From Cyanobacteria bacterium auto_48_18 (GTDB lineage Bacteria; Cyanobacteriota; Vampirovibrionia; Obscuribacterales; Obscuribacteraceae): a stretch of 64,000 nt of DNA. The position numbers and the translations under genes were made by a program. Positions 55,420 to 64,000 of this stretch are shown here, piece after piece. Under the pieces are notes generated by a model that saw nothing but the letters and a program-made list of their open reading frames with translations, was not told the origin of the DNA and made no database searches. The stretch covers positions 121,215 to 185,214 of the forward strand of contig JAVHQC010000011.1 of assembly GCA_036170915.1 (NCBI GenBank), in the 5' to 3' direction. Positions within the stretch are counted from its first letter, which is position 1. Each line of letters opens with the position of its first letter.

Positions 55420-55863
55420 ATGGACGCTGAAAGTCAATTAGGACGTGGAGCCAGCTGGCTGCTCTGGATTGCAGGTTGCACTATAGTCAATGCCGCTATG
55501 GGTGCTACTCAATGGCGTTTAGTTTTGGGCTTGTCAGTGCCCGAAATTGTATCTGGACTTGTGCACCCGGCCAATTCTGCCTATACCTCTAATGCTGTTG
55601 TCCTGATTGCTGTGACCACTCTGGCCAGCTCCGGAATGTTCTTTTTGCTCTGGTATCTTGCTGTAAGACGAAGCATTGCTGCTTTAATTGTGGGCATTCT
55701 GCTGTATACCGCTGATGCCGGAATTTACGGCTTGACTCAAGATTGGTTTGCCGTGGCCATTCATGCCTGGGCAATTTATTCTATGGCTGTGGCGGTAAAG
55801 GCATGCATTGCCATGAAGAAAAGTGGCTATCAACCTGCTGCTAAGACTGATACACCAGATTGA
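55420..55863 (+). CDS. Multi-pass membrane protein
   Basis: About 4 hydrophobic helices; GAGGT RBS. Confidence 0.8.
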   Translation: MDAESQLGRGASWLLWIAGCTIVNAAMGATQWRLVLGLSVPEIVSGLVHPANSAYTSNAVVLIAVTTLASSGMFFLLWYLAVRRSIAALIVGILLYTADAGIYGLTQDWFAVAIHAWAIYSMAVAVKACIAMKKSGYQPAAKTDTPD

Positions 55864-55869
55864 TAAACT

Positions 55870-57012
55870 ATGCTGATTGTGTCGGTAGAAACTACGCCTA
55901 ATCCTCATTCCATCAAGCTTAATCTTGATCAGAATGTAGGTAGTACCGCTACTTTTACCAGTGCCAGCCAAGATGCCCCGGCTTTTGTGCAAAAACTTTT
56001 GTCTATTGATGGGCTCCTCAGTGTCTTTCTTTGTGGCGACTTCATCACCCTCAATAAAGATCCACGTAGCAACTGGCCGCCTATTCTAGACAGTGCCACC
56101 AAAGTCGTAAACTATGGCCAGGCTATTGCTAACGATGCACAGGCTATTGATAACGATGAACAGGCTGCTAGATCATCCACGCGGTCATTATCTGCGCCAG
56201 ATTTTCAGGATCAAAGTCAGGTGCTGGTGCAAACTTTCCGGGGCATACCATTGCAAGTGAAAGTAGTTGACGTTGAGGGTGAAAGTCGCATCAGTCTGGG
56301 TGATAGATTTAACACCGCCGCCCAATTAGTGCAAAACGAGAGTGGTGCCGATTTTCTCAAAGAACGTCATTGGGCTGATCATGGCGTGCGCTATGGCAAA
56401 CGCGAAGATCTTGCCACTGAAGTAAGCGAAGAATTGCAGGGCATTTATACTCAATCAGAGCTTGAAAGACTGGTAGCAAAAGCTTTAGGTCGCGAGCAAA
56501 GCGATAAACTCTCGGTTGAAAATATTGCCTCTTTGCTTAAACATCCAAGCTGGCAGGAGCGTTTGCGAGCGGTACAGGAAATCAGCCAGCAGCAGTCGGG
56601 TAGTCAGATCACATTGCTCAAAGCGGCTCTGAGTGACGAAAACGCGCAGGTGCGAAGACTGGCAGCGGCCGCCCTGGGCACCACAGGCAGTGCCGCGGCT
56701 ATTGAGAGCTTGTCTTTTGCACTTCTCAACGACTCATCTATTGGTGTAAGAAGAACAGCCGGTGATGCGCTTTCAGACATTGGCGAAGCTTCCGCTCAAC
56801 CTTCTATGTGCCAGGCCTTAAGCGACCCAAATAAGTTAGTGCGATGGCGCGCGGCGCGCTTTTTAAACGATCTGGGTGATGAGCAGTGTATACCGGCTCT
56901 TGAGACCGCCAGAGATGACAGCGCCTATGAAGTTAAGCTGGAAGTAGAAGCCGCTATAGCCAGAATATTGCAAGGCGGGAAGGGCTCTGGCCCCGCCTGG
57001 CGCCGTATGTGA
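55870..57012 (+). CDS. CvfC/YpgR-like protein (Nfu-N, virulence-factor domain, HEAT repeats)
   Basis: ETTPNPHSIKL, FRGIPLQVK, VRRTAGDALSDIG, NKLVRWRAA. Confidence 0.85.
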   Translation: MLIVSVETTPNPHSIKLNLDQNVGSTATFTSASQDAPAFVQKLLSIDGLLSVFLCGDFITLNKDPRSNWPPILDSATKVVNYGQAIANDAQAIDNDEQAARSSTRSLSAPDFQDQSQVLVQTFRGIPLQVKVVDVEGESRISLGDRFNTAAQLVQNESGADFLKERHWADHGVRYGKREDLATEVSEELQGIYTQSELERLVAKALGREQSDKLSVENIASLLKHPSWQERLRAVQEISQQQSGSQITLLKAALSDENAQVRRLAAAALGTTGSAAAIESLSFALLNDSSIGVRRTAGDALSDIGEASAQPSMCQALSDPNKLVRWRAARFLNDLGDEQCIPALETARDDSAYEVKLEVEAAIARILQGGKGSGPAWRRM

Positions 57013-57097
57013 CTCAAAAATCAATGCAGTCGCGCTTGAACTGCCTTGTAAATGGGTAAAATTGCCAAAGATGCGGAATCGGAACTAAGGTGACCTT

Positions 57098-57640
57098 ATG
57101 ACATTTGAAAAACTTGGTAAGCAGCCCGAAAAGAAAGGCGCAGACTCTACTGAGGCAGGCCCTACAGCCTTGCAAGCTGAGGGCTGGCAGATCAAACCAG
57201 GTAAGTCAGATGTCAAGCAAGGGCTCGTGCAAGACGTCGATAAGCTCGACGTTGATAAGCTTTATGGCGGCAAAGATCAATATCTGGCCAAAGCGCCTGA
57301 AGAATTGCGCCACCAATATAATTTGCCCAAAGACGCCAGTTCGAGCCGGGTATATCAGGCCATGGCGCATGATTCGGTTGGATTGTTCGGTTATCTGACA
57401 GCCAAAGAAAAGACTCAAGCTCTGGCTGATTTGCGGCTCACCGCCCCTGACATGAAAAATGAAAGAAAAATCTATGAGGCTTTGATAGCCCGTGATCGCC
57501 GTGATGGTGGTCTGCCTGTCATGACCCCAGAACAATTAAACGCTGATGGTGGCCTCGGCATTAGACAGGCGGAACAAGCCTTGCACAAATCTTCTTACGA
57601 TAAAGCCAAAAAGTACGGCATAGCTATAGATTTTAATTAA
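57098..57640 (+). CDS. Hypothetical protein
   Basis: 180-aa ORF with AAGGTG RBS. Confidence 0.7.
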   Translation: MTFEKLGKQPEKKGADSTEAGPTALQAEGWQIKPGKSDVKQGLVQDVDKLDVDKLYGGKDQYLAKAPEELRHQYNLPKDASSSRVYQAMAHDSVGLFGYLTAKEKTQALADLRLTAPDMKNERKIYEALIARDRRDGGLPVMTPEQLNADGGLGIRQAEQALHKSSYDKAKKYGIAIDFN

Positions 57641-57657
57641 CGGCGATCGAGGCAGCT

Positions 57658-59277
57658 ATGGAAAAGACTTTGGCTGCTGTAAGCGCAGAGAAAATTTTAG
57701 ATCACATAGAAATTTTGGCCAGCGATAATTTTGCCGGTCGCAAACCTGGAACTGTAGGTGAACAGGCGACGCTGCAATACCTGATTGAACAGTGTCAGGC
57801 CCTTGGTCTTACTCCCGGCGTTGGCAGTGAGTTTTTACAAAATGTGCAAGTGAGGGGCATCACTTCTCGTCCTGTTTTAACTTTCTCGGCCAATGACGGA
57901 AAAGTGATCAAACCAACTTTTCCTGATCAGTTTGTGGCAATGTCGCGCTCTAAAACGATGACGTCGCAAGTGAAAATTGCTAATAGTGAGATTGTTTTTG
58001 TCGGTTATGGCATTAAGGCACCTGAGTACGATTGGGATGACTATAAAGATGTAGACGTGCGCGGCAAAACTGTGGTGATGTTAATTGGTGACCCGAAGCA
58101 AACTCACAGTGCAAGCGGCAAACTTGATGCTGATTTCTTCCGTGGAGAAGCTCTAACTTATTATGGCCGCTGGACATACAAGTTTGAAATAGCCTCGCAA
58201 TTAGGTGCTGCCGCTGTTTTCATAGTGCATGACACTGCTGGTGCCGGTTACCAATTTGACGTGGTTAAGGCCAGTTGGAGTGGTGAAAATTTTGCCCTGT
58301 TAGATGATGGTGGTGAAGAAAGGGTCAAAGCTGAAGGTTGGATTTGCCAGGACGTGGCTCGCGAATTGTTCAATACCTCAGTTGAAGCCGGTTCTGGAGG
58401 GAAACCTGAATTTAACTTAGACTTTGATTCGCTCGTGGTATCAGCCAATCAGCGCGACTTTAGCCCGATTACGCTGAGCGCCCGAGCAGACATTTATATT
58501 GAGAATACTTACCGGCAATTTTCATCGGCTAATGTTGTTGCTCGCCTAAAGTCGACTAGCGTTCAAGAAACCAAAGATACCGAATGCATAATTTATAGTG
58601 CTCACTGGGATCACTTCGGCATGGATGCAAACGGCGGGGTCTTTAGTGGCGCGGTGGACAATGCTTCTGGTGTTGCCGTGATACTTGAGGCGGCCCGCGC
58701 CTTAAAAGCCCTGGTTAAAGAAATACCCGCACACCGAGACGTGCTTTTTCTGTTTACCACTCTGGAAGAATATGGATTGCTTGGCTCACAGCATTATGTA
58801 GTTGAACCATGTGTGCCTCTGTCGAAAACACTTGCTGTGTTCAATGTAGACATCATGAATTTATGGGGCCGCACCGCCGAAGTTGTAAGCATAGCCTTGG
58901 GTCATTCTTCACTTGACGAAGATCTGGCTGCTGCTGCCGCGCTACAGAAACGCAGTGTGGTCGGCGATCCTGAACCTGGTAAAGGCTATTTCTATCGCTC
59001 AGATCATCTGGAATTTATTCGTCGTGGCGTGCCGGCCATATTTTTTCTTCAGCCAGGCTCGAGCTTTATCGGCAAACCGGCGAACTTCGGCGACCAGATG
59101 CGTTTGCGATATTTGACCGAAGACTATCATAAAGTTGGTGATAAAGTTAAGCCTGACTGGGATCTTTCAGGAATAGTGGAAGACACACAACTGTTGGTTG
59201 CAACTGGTCTGCGAGTTTTACAGAACAAGGAAAAACCCAAATGGAAAGCCACTTCAGAATTTTGTATCGATCGTTAG
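57658..59277 (+). CDS. M28-family peptidase with a PA domain
   Basis: SAHWDH, GAVDNASG, EEYGLLGS, RSDH, YH. Confidence 0.94.
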   Translation: MEKTLAAVSAEKILDHIEILASDNFAGRKPGTVGEQATLQYLIEQCQALGLTPGVGSEFLQNVQVRGITSRPVLTFSANDGKVIKPTFPDQFVAMSRSKTMTSQVKIANSEIVFVGYGIKAPEYDWDDYKDVDVRGKTVVMLIGDPKQTHSASGKLDADFFRGEALTYYGRWTYKFEIASQLGAAAVFIVHDTAGAGYQFDVVKASWSGENFALLDDGGEERVKAEGWICQDVARELFNTSVEAGSGGKPEFNLDFDSLVVSANQRDFSPITLSARADIYIENTYRQFSSANVVARLKSTSVQETKDTECIIYSAHWDHFGMDANGGVFSGAVDNASGVAVILEAARALKALVKEIPAHRDVLFLFTTLEEYGLLGSQHYVVEPCVPLSKTLAVFNVDIMNLWGRTAEVVSIALGHSSLDEDLAAAAALQKRSVVGDPEPGKGYFYRSDHLEFIRRGVPAIFFLQPGSSFIGKPANFGDQMRLRYLTEDYHKVGDKVKPDWDLSGIVEDTQLLVATGLRVLQNKEKPKWKATSEFCIDR

Positions 59278-59311
59278 TGGCGAGCCTCAAAGTTTATTGC
59301 GGAGCTTATCA

Positions 59312-59842
59312 ATGAATCTCAGATCAGTTAGTGTCTGCCTTGCTTTCATGCTATTGCTTAATTTTTGTACTCCCTTGATGGCTGCTCCAGGCCACTCTTA
59401 TACAGAATATATTGAAGCCGGTCATCAATTAATCAAAGAGAAAAAATACACCAATGGTGAGCGTTATGCATTTGGTGCTGTTACCATGCTCGAGGAAAAA
59501 GTAACAAAAAAGCAGAGTCTGTCGGCTACCGGTAAAGATCAATATTTGCTGACTTTATTGCCGACATTGTTTAACTCTTGTTTGAGGCATAAATTACGGC
59601 AGCTTAAACACTCGCAGAAAGCCACAGCTGGTCAAGATCTTGTCAAACAGGATGATGATCAAGATGAGGAGAAAGGTCGAATGGATGATCCGCAAGTAAG
59701 AGCGCTTTATACACAGACAGACGTTATTTTAAGGCGTATCTATAATGCCTACAGAGTTCTGTTTGGTGATCGAAGCGCTATTACTGCGGCTGCCGGTCGT
59801 GAAGTGACCGAAGTTGAGAATGCCCTCAAGAGTGGTGGCTAA
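59312..59842 (+). CDS. Exported hypothetical protein
   Basis: ATG 59312 after GGAG; signal-peptide-like N-terminus. Confidence 0.7.
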   Translation: MNLRSVSVCLAFMLLLNFCTPLMAAPGHSYTEYIEAGHQLIKEKKYTNGERYAFGAVTMLEEKVTKKQSLSATGKDQYLLTLLPTLFNSCLRHKLRQLKHSQKATAGQDLVKQDDDQDEEKGRMDDPQVRALYTQTDVILRRIYNAYRVLFGDRSAITAAAGREVTEVENALKSGG

Positions 59843-59867
59843 TTTTTTTTTTTGCTGTTTTCTACTT

Positions 59868-62708
59868 TTAGCTAAATCCTCCCACTCTTAGGAGGCCGAA
59901 GAGTTGATTGATCATTGTGGGCAGAACCACTGCAAGTAGTGCAAGAGCTACAGCAGTGTAGATGCGTGCAGCGGTATACTCACCTTTTTCACTTTTAAGC
60001 ATGGCCGTAAGAATCTGGTAGATTGCCCCGCCGATAGCTGTGACGCTGATTACACCGACAAGGAAATTTGCCAGAACTTCAAGATTGGCCGCATTATTGA
60101 TTCGTACTGTGCCAGAGGTGTTTACTCCAGAAATTACTATTGAATCAATGCCCTGAGGGCCAATTGTGCCATTTGTGGCACCCTGGAGCCAGACAGGACC
60201 AGATGAAAAGGAGGAATTGGACGGATTGGACCAATTGGATGGATTGTAATCGGCTATAGTGGCCGGAACGAATCTTGCACCAGTTGTGGTGTCACTTTTC
60301 ACGCTTGTGTCCACAACTTTGCCAAAATTGCGATCGAGACCATAATGTTTATAGTCCTGATCATTAGCCAGTACAGTGGCGCCGGTTACCGGTGTTACCA
60401 CACGGTAGGCCGTGCCCAGGGCTTCACTTTCAGCAATTTGACCATGACTCAAAAGTGCTAAGGCTTCTTGTTGGGCCCACAGACTAGAGACTCTTGTTAC
60501 CTGGGCATTGTCATATGAAACCGGCAAATCAGTATGCTCAGCGATTTTGTCGAAGACCAGTTTATAGACGGTGTCTGGATTGACAAGATTATTCCAGAAT
60601 GATTTTTGTGTTTCTAAATCAGCCGGTAGAAAACTGCGCTCCACTAAAATTGGATAAGCAGGTACCAGCGCATTGTCCATGAGCTCGTTGACGGAATTAT
60701 CCACATTCCATTCCACTAGCTGAGTACTTGGATTAAATGTATCTGGTAGTGTTTCCTTGTGGCGAGCGCCAATGAGCCCGTCGAGCTGTTGTCCGTGAAT
60801 CCAGAAAATTGACAGGTCGTTATTTTTACCGGCGATATTAAGAGCTGTTTCTACTGAGCTGCGATTGTCAGGGCCACCAGCGCAATAGAGTTGCGCTAGT
60901 CTTGTTACCGCCCGGTCTTTGCCGGTCATTTCAACTAACTCTTGCTCTATTTCTGTGGCATCAGCGCTGGCACCAATCAACCCAACTTTTATATTATTCG
61001 GAAGCGTCTGCAAAACTTTTTTAAGAGTTTCTTTGTTGCTTTCGATGGTGCGCGAATTATCAACCAGCACCAGTACTCGGCTAATTGCTTGCGCCTTTGA
61101 AGCGCTCAGTGTTTCTGTGATAAATGCCTTTTGAGCAGAATGACTGGCTCTCGTGGCTATTTTCACCATGGGCTTGTCTAGGTGCAGGGTGGCCTGAAAT
61201 TCTTTCAGATCGTTATTGCTTAATTTGCTTGAGGCAAAGTTTGTTCTCAGTGGGCGGTCACTGTCAAAATGATAAACAGTGTCAGTGTTTTCCATATTTG
61301 ATGAAAGCAGGTAAGGCAGGCCTAAGGTGCAATCACGCGGGTTTTTGGCCACTAGCGGCGCGGTGATACCAATGCGCAGAGTGAGATATCCGTATGCGGG
61401 AACCGGAGCGGCTTTTAAGTCAATCTGGCCTGGCCTGGTGCTGGTAATTAAAAGTGGATCGCGACGAGCCCCGGCAGTTAATGCGTAAGCTTCCTGTACT
61501 TTTGCTCTGGCATTAAAGCTGGCTTCTTCTGGTTTTCCGTTGACCCAGAGTGTGGCGCGAGTGACACATGCCCCTGGTGGCAATTGAATTGTCGCCAGTG
61601 CTTCTTGAATGGTGCCGGTAGGATTTTTCAGATTTATAATCCAGTAGATTGCTGAGGTTAGAGTTTGACTATCAACCACTGCTGTTATTTTTGATTGCTC
61701 CGGAACTATAACTTTTTCATTTCCGTAGCCAAATGTGTGCGCTGGCGGCTGCCACAGCAGTTTCATATTTCCTGCTGTCTGCCCACTTTTTCTAAACAAA
61801 CTGATGTAAATCGCTTTGCCGTCTGCCCGCGAGAAATAGCGTGCTGAAGCCTGAAGAAAGAATGAAGTGGATGTATTGTTTAACTGGTTGAGAATGTCTT
61901 TGCTTGCATTGGCGCTGTCAAGCCAGTTTAAGGCTACGGTACCGGCAGGTGACGCAGGGCTGTCTATTATTGTGTCCATGGCCGCAACGATTGAGATTTC
62001 ACGAGCTTCAGGTGCAAAGCACAAGAGCGACAATAGAGCCGCACAAAAAGTAGCAATGCGATTGATTTTGCGTTCGCTATCAAGTTGTTTACGCCAGTTT
62101 ATTCTATACAAATACAGTGAGCTCAATGCTGATGTTAGGTAGAAGCAGATCAATACGGATTGACCTTGGCAAGGTGATGTCATCACAAAGCATGTGCCGG
62201 CGAGGCATAGTGCCGCCACCAGGGCCCACAGGCACGAAACTACCGCTAAAAACTGAACACTTAAACTTGAGAGAAAATTGTGCCTGCAATTTAGAATGAG
62301 CGCTAAATTGATTATCGGAATTAGTGATACCAGTGCGCCTGTCAGTTTGATGATGGGCTGGTGACTTGTATTAATGTTGTTGTTGATACTGATGAAGAAC
62401 AGGGCAATCAGGGCCGGAATGATCACTGCAGAAATCGCTGCACCGAGCTTAGCTGCCATCAATAGTGGTGCCAGCCCATGCTCACATTTCAAAATTTTGT
62501 TATGTGAGAAAGTCAAAAGCAATAGCAGTGCCAGACAGGTAAAGCTGAGCCAGCCTGCGTTAATCTGATAAGTGAGATAGCAAATGGTGGCGCAGAGCGC
62601 TGCGATTATGACTGCCCTTTTAACGGTTTGATTAGTCTCCTGCTCTGTAACTGGTGCTTGCGAATAATCAGTTGGGGTTTCGGTTTCTCGATCTTCTAGT
62701 TTCAACAT
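59868..62708 (-). CDS. Multi-TM VIT-domain protein with a vWA-like region
   Basis: QEA..TIQLPPG.CVTRATLWVNG, RRDPLL, VLVDNS, VVTPVTGA; two C-terminal TMs. Confidence 0.8.
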   Translation of the reverse strand: MLKLEDRETETPTDYSQAPVTEQETNQTVKRAVIIAALCATICYLTYQINAGWLSFTCLALLLLLTFSHNKILKCEHGLAPLLMAAKLGAAISAVIIPALIALFFISINNNINTSHQPIIKLTGALVSLIPIINLALILNCRHNFLSSLSVQFLAVVSCLWALVAALCLAGTCFVMTSPCQGQSVLICFYLTSALSSLYLYRINWRKQLDSERKINRIATFCAALLSLLCFAPEAREISIVAAMDTIIDSPASPAGTVALNWLDSANASKDILNQLNNTSTSFFLQASARYFSRADGKAIYISLFRKSGQTAGNMKLLWQPPAHTFGYGNEKVIVPEQSKITAVVDSQTLTSAIYWIINLKNPTGTIQEALATIQLPPGACVTRATLWVNGKPEEASFNARAKVQEAYALTAGARRDPLLITSTRPGQIDLKAAPVPAYGYLTLRIGITAPLVAKNPRDCTLGLPYLLSSNMENTDTVYHFDSDRPLRTNFASSKLSNNDLKEFQATLHLDKPMVKIATRASHSAQKAFITETLSASKAQAISRVLVLVDNSRTIESNKETLKKVLQTLPNNIKVGLIGASADATEIEQELVEMTGKDRAVTRLAQLYCAGGPDNRSSVETALNIAGKNNDLSIFWIHGQQLDGLIGARHKETLPDTFNPSTQLVEWNVDNSVNELMDNALVPAYPILVERSFLPADLETQKSFWNNLVNPDTVYKLVFDKIAEHTDLPVSYDNAQVTRVSSLWAQQEALALLSHGQIAESEALGTAYRVVTPVTGATVLANDQDYKHYGLDRNFGKVVDTSVKSDTTTGARFVPATIADYNPSNWSNPSNSSFSSGPVWLQGATNGTIGPQGIDSIVISGVNTSGTVRINNAANLEVLANFLVGVISVTAIGGAIYQILTAMLKSEKGEYTAARIYTAVALALLAVVLPTMINQLFGLLRVGGFS

Positions 62709-63240
62709 GGTTCAACTCCTCGAAATGTGCCGGCGCCTTTGCTGCATTTACTGCAGCAAAATGCCAGACATCACCACGAGCCGCTCATGCCGAATATTTG
62801 CCGGAGCAAAGACTCGGCACCGTGTGCAGCAATTCAAGAAGAATCGAGCAGACGTGCAAATCGTGATAAATGTGTGCGCAAACAGCACAGTGAGGTACTG
62901 TGCGGCCGGCTATGTAGTTTAGTGGTAAGTGTTTCCAACCCCTGGAAAAAGCCCAGGTTAACGGCAAACTTACAACGAAAACCGCCAAAAGTCAAGAGGT
63001 GTGTGGTGGGCTATAACTTTCTACTAGTAACAAAAAGGAGATAAATTCGCTCTAGTCAAGAGTATTGATTTTTTCTTCTTAAAGGTCTAAAAACACCGCT
63101 AGTTCGAGCTTTCTCACATCAACGATTTCTTATTAAGTTAGCTAATTTGTGCGCGCTGATGAAGCTCTGCCAATCTACCATCTAAATGTCATATGGTGCG
63201 ATAAGATATGCCCGTGAACACATGACATGGCGACTATTCA

Positions 63241-64000
63241 ATGAATGCAAAACAATCACTGCTGCCCACTCTAGCCCTTATATCTATTCTTAGTACTAGT
63301 CTGAGCCCAACTCCTGCTCAGGCTGAAAATTCCATATCTAATATGGTTAAGGAAGTGATGGATGGCACGACCAATGCCGTGCGTAACACTGCCCATGGTG
63401 CAGGCGCGGTTGTACGCAGCACTGCGCATGCTGCTGGTGCCGTGGTTCAAGGAACGGCACGTGGTGCCGGAGCCGTGGTCACTGCCGCAGAAAGAGCTGC
63501 TGGCTTCAGTGAAGATCCGCCTTATCATCAACCAGTGGCAGGGGCGCCTGTAAATACAGCTGCTGCTCCGGCACCAGTAAAAATTGCGGCAGTTGCTCCG
63601 AAAGCTGCGCCTGTAAGTTTAATCGGTTCGAGCATTAACATTGCTGTAGATCGTCACGGAAATATCATTGATGACGGCGGCAAGCTTGTGGGCAGAGTTT
63701 CAGTAATCACATCTGATTCTGGCGCACCACCAGATTTTGCCGGCCAAAAGCTTAGTGTCACCGTCAACGGTGCCGGTGAGATGATTGATGGCTCAGGAAG
63801 AATCATCGGTCACATTCTCGGTGCTGAGCCAAAAATTGTTCCTGTGCTTGAAACTCCTGCTAAAGAAGTTAGAACATCTGCACCAGTATCTTCAGCACCC
63901 GTGATTGCACCTAAGCTGAACGCACCTGTGCAGACTATTCCCTTACAGACTATTCCCTTACAGACTATTCCCTTACAGACTATTCCCTTACAGACTATTC
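63241..64000 (+). CDS. Exported repeat-rich protein, 3'-partial (not in the ORF track)
   Basis: Open frame MNAKQSLLPTL...AQA; 11-aa TAHGAGAVVRS-like repeats; GNIIDDGGKLVG-type repeats; runs off the window end. Confidence 0.8.
   Translation, partial: MNAKQSLLPTLALISILSTSLSPTPAQAENSISNMVKEVMDGTTNAVRNTAHGAGAVVRSTAHAAGAVVQGTARGAGAVVTAAERAAGFSEDPPYHQPVAGAPVNTAAAPAPVKIAAVAPKAAPVSLIGSSINIAVDRHGNIIDDGGKLVGRVSVITSDSGAPPDFAGQKLSVTVNGAGEMIDGSGRIIGHILGAEPKIVPVLETPAKEVRTSAPVSSAPVIAPKLNAPVQTIPLQTIPLQTIPLQTIPLQTI
63931..64000 (+). repeat. Perfect 15-bp tandem repeat (QTIPL), at least 4.7 copies
   Basis: (CAGACTATTCCCTTA)n to the window end. Confidence 0.95.

Noticed and set aside
506..63553. Many short antisense or alternate-frame ORFs in the track (e.g. 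506..898, 5006..5410, 12436..12870, 63271..63531)
   Set aside because: They overlap well-supported genes and show no recognisable motifs
63931..64000. CRISPR array
   Set aside because: Contiguous 15-bp units with no spacers, in frame within a CDS; no cas genes

Overview
Bacterial chromosomal window of about 60 genes. I found no rRNA, tRNA, CRISPR array, transposase, integrase or prophage. The gene mix suggests a non-photosynthetic cyanobacterial relative such as Vampirovibrionia/Obscuribacterales; this is inferred from the TM-Ser/Thr kinases, HAMP-PAS histidine kinase with OmpR regulator, LRR/TPR/LysM proteins and VIT protein. Main contents: M13 and M28 peptidases; a divergent polX/UDG pair; umuDC; a two-component pair flanked by orphan genes; rlpA; an RND pump cluster with thioredoxin; a general-stress island (hemerythrin, YbhB, Zn-ADH, Gfo/Idh/MocA, Crp, ChaB, KGG); a stand-alone DAC-family protein; and an NDT-like plus 2OG-oxygenase gene pair. 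Four regulatory grammars can be read directly from the DNA: three identical TetR-type operators inside sigma70 promoters, nine G(G/A)AAC-N17-GTC ECF-type promoters, and two different 11-bp-period direct-repeat boxes. Non-coding structure includes two copies of a 64-bp nested palindrome and a highly structured rlpA leader. Gene-level oddities include an internally deleted SDR remnant, a kinase split by one amber codon and several enzymes missing catalytic residues. All family calls come from motif recognition by eye; no searches were run.
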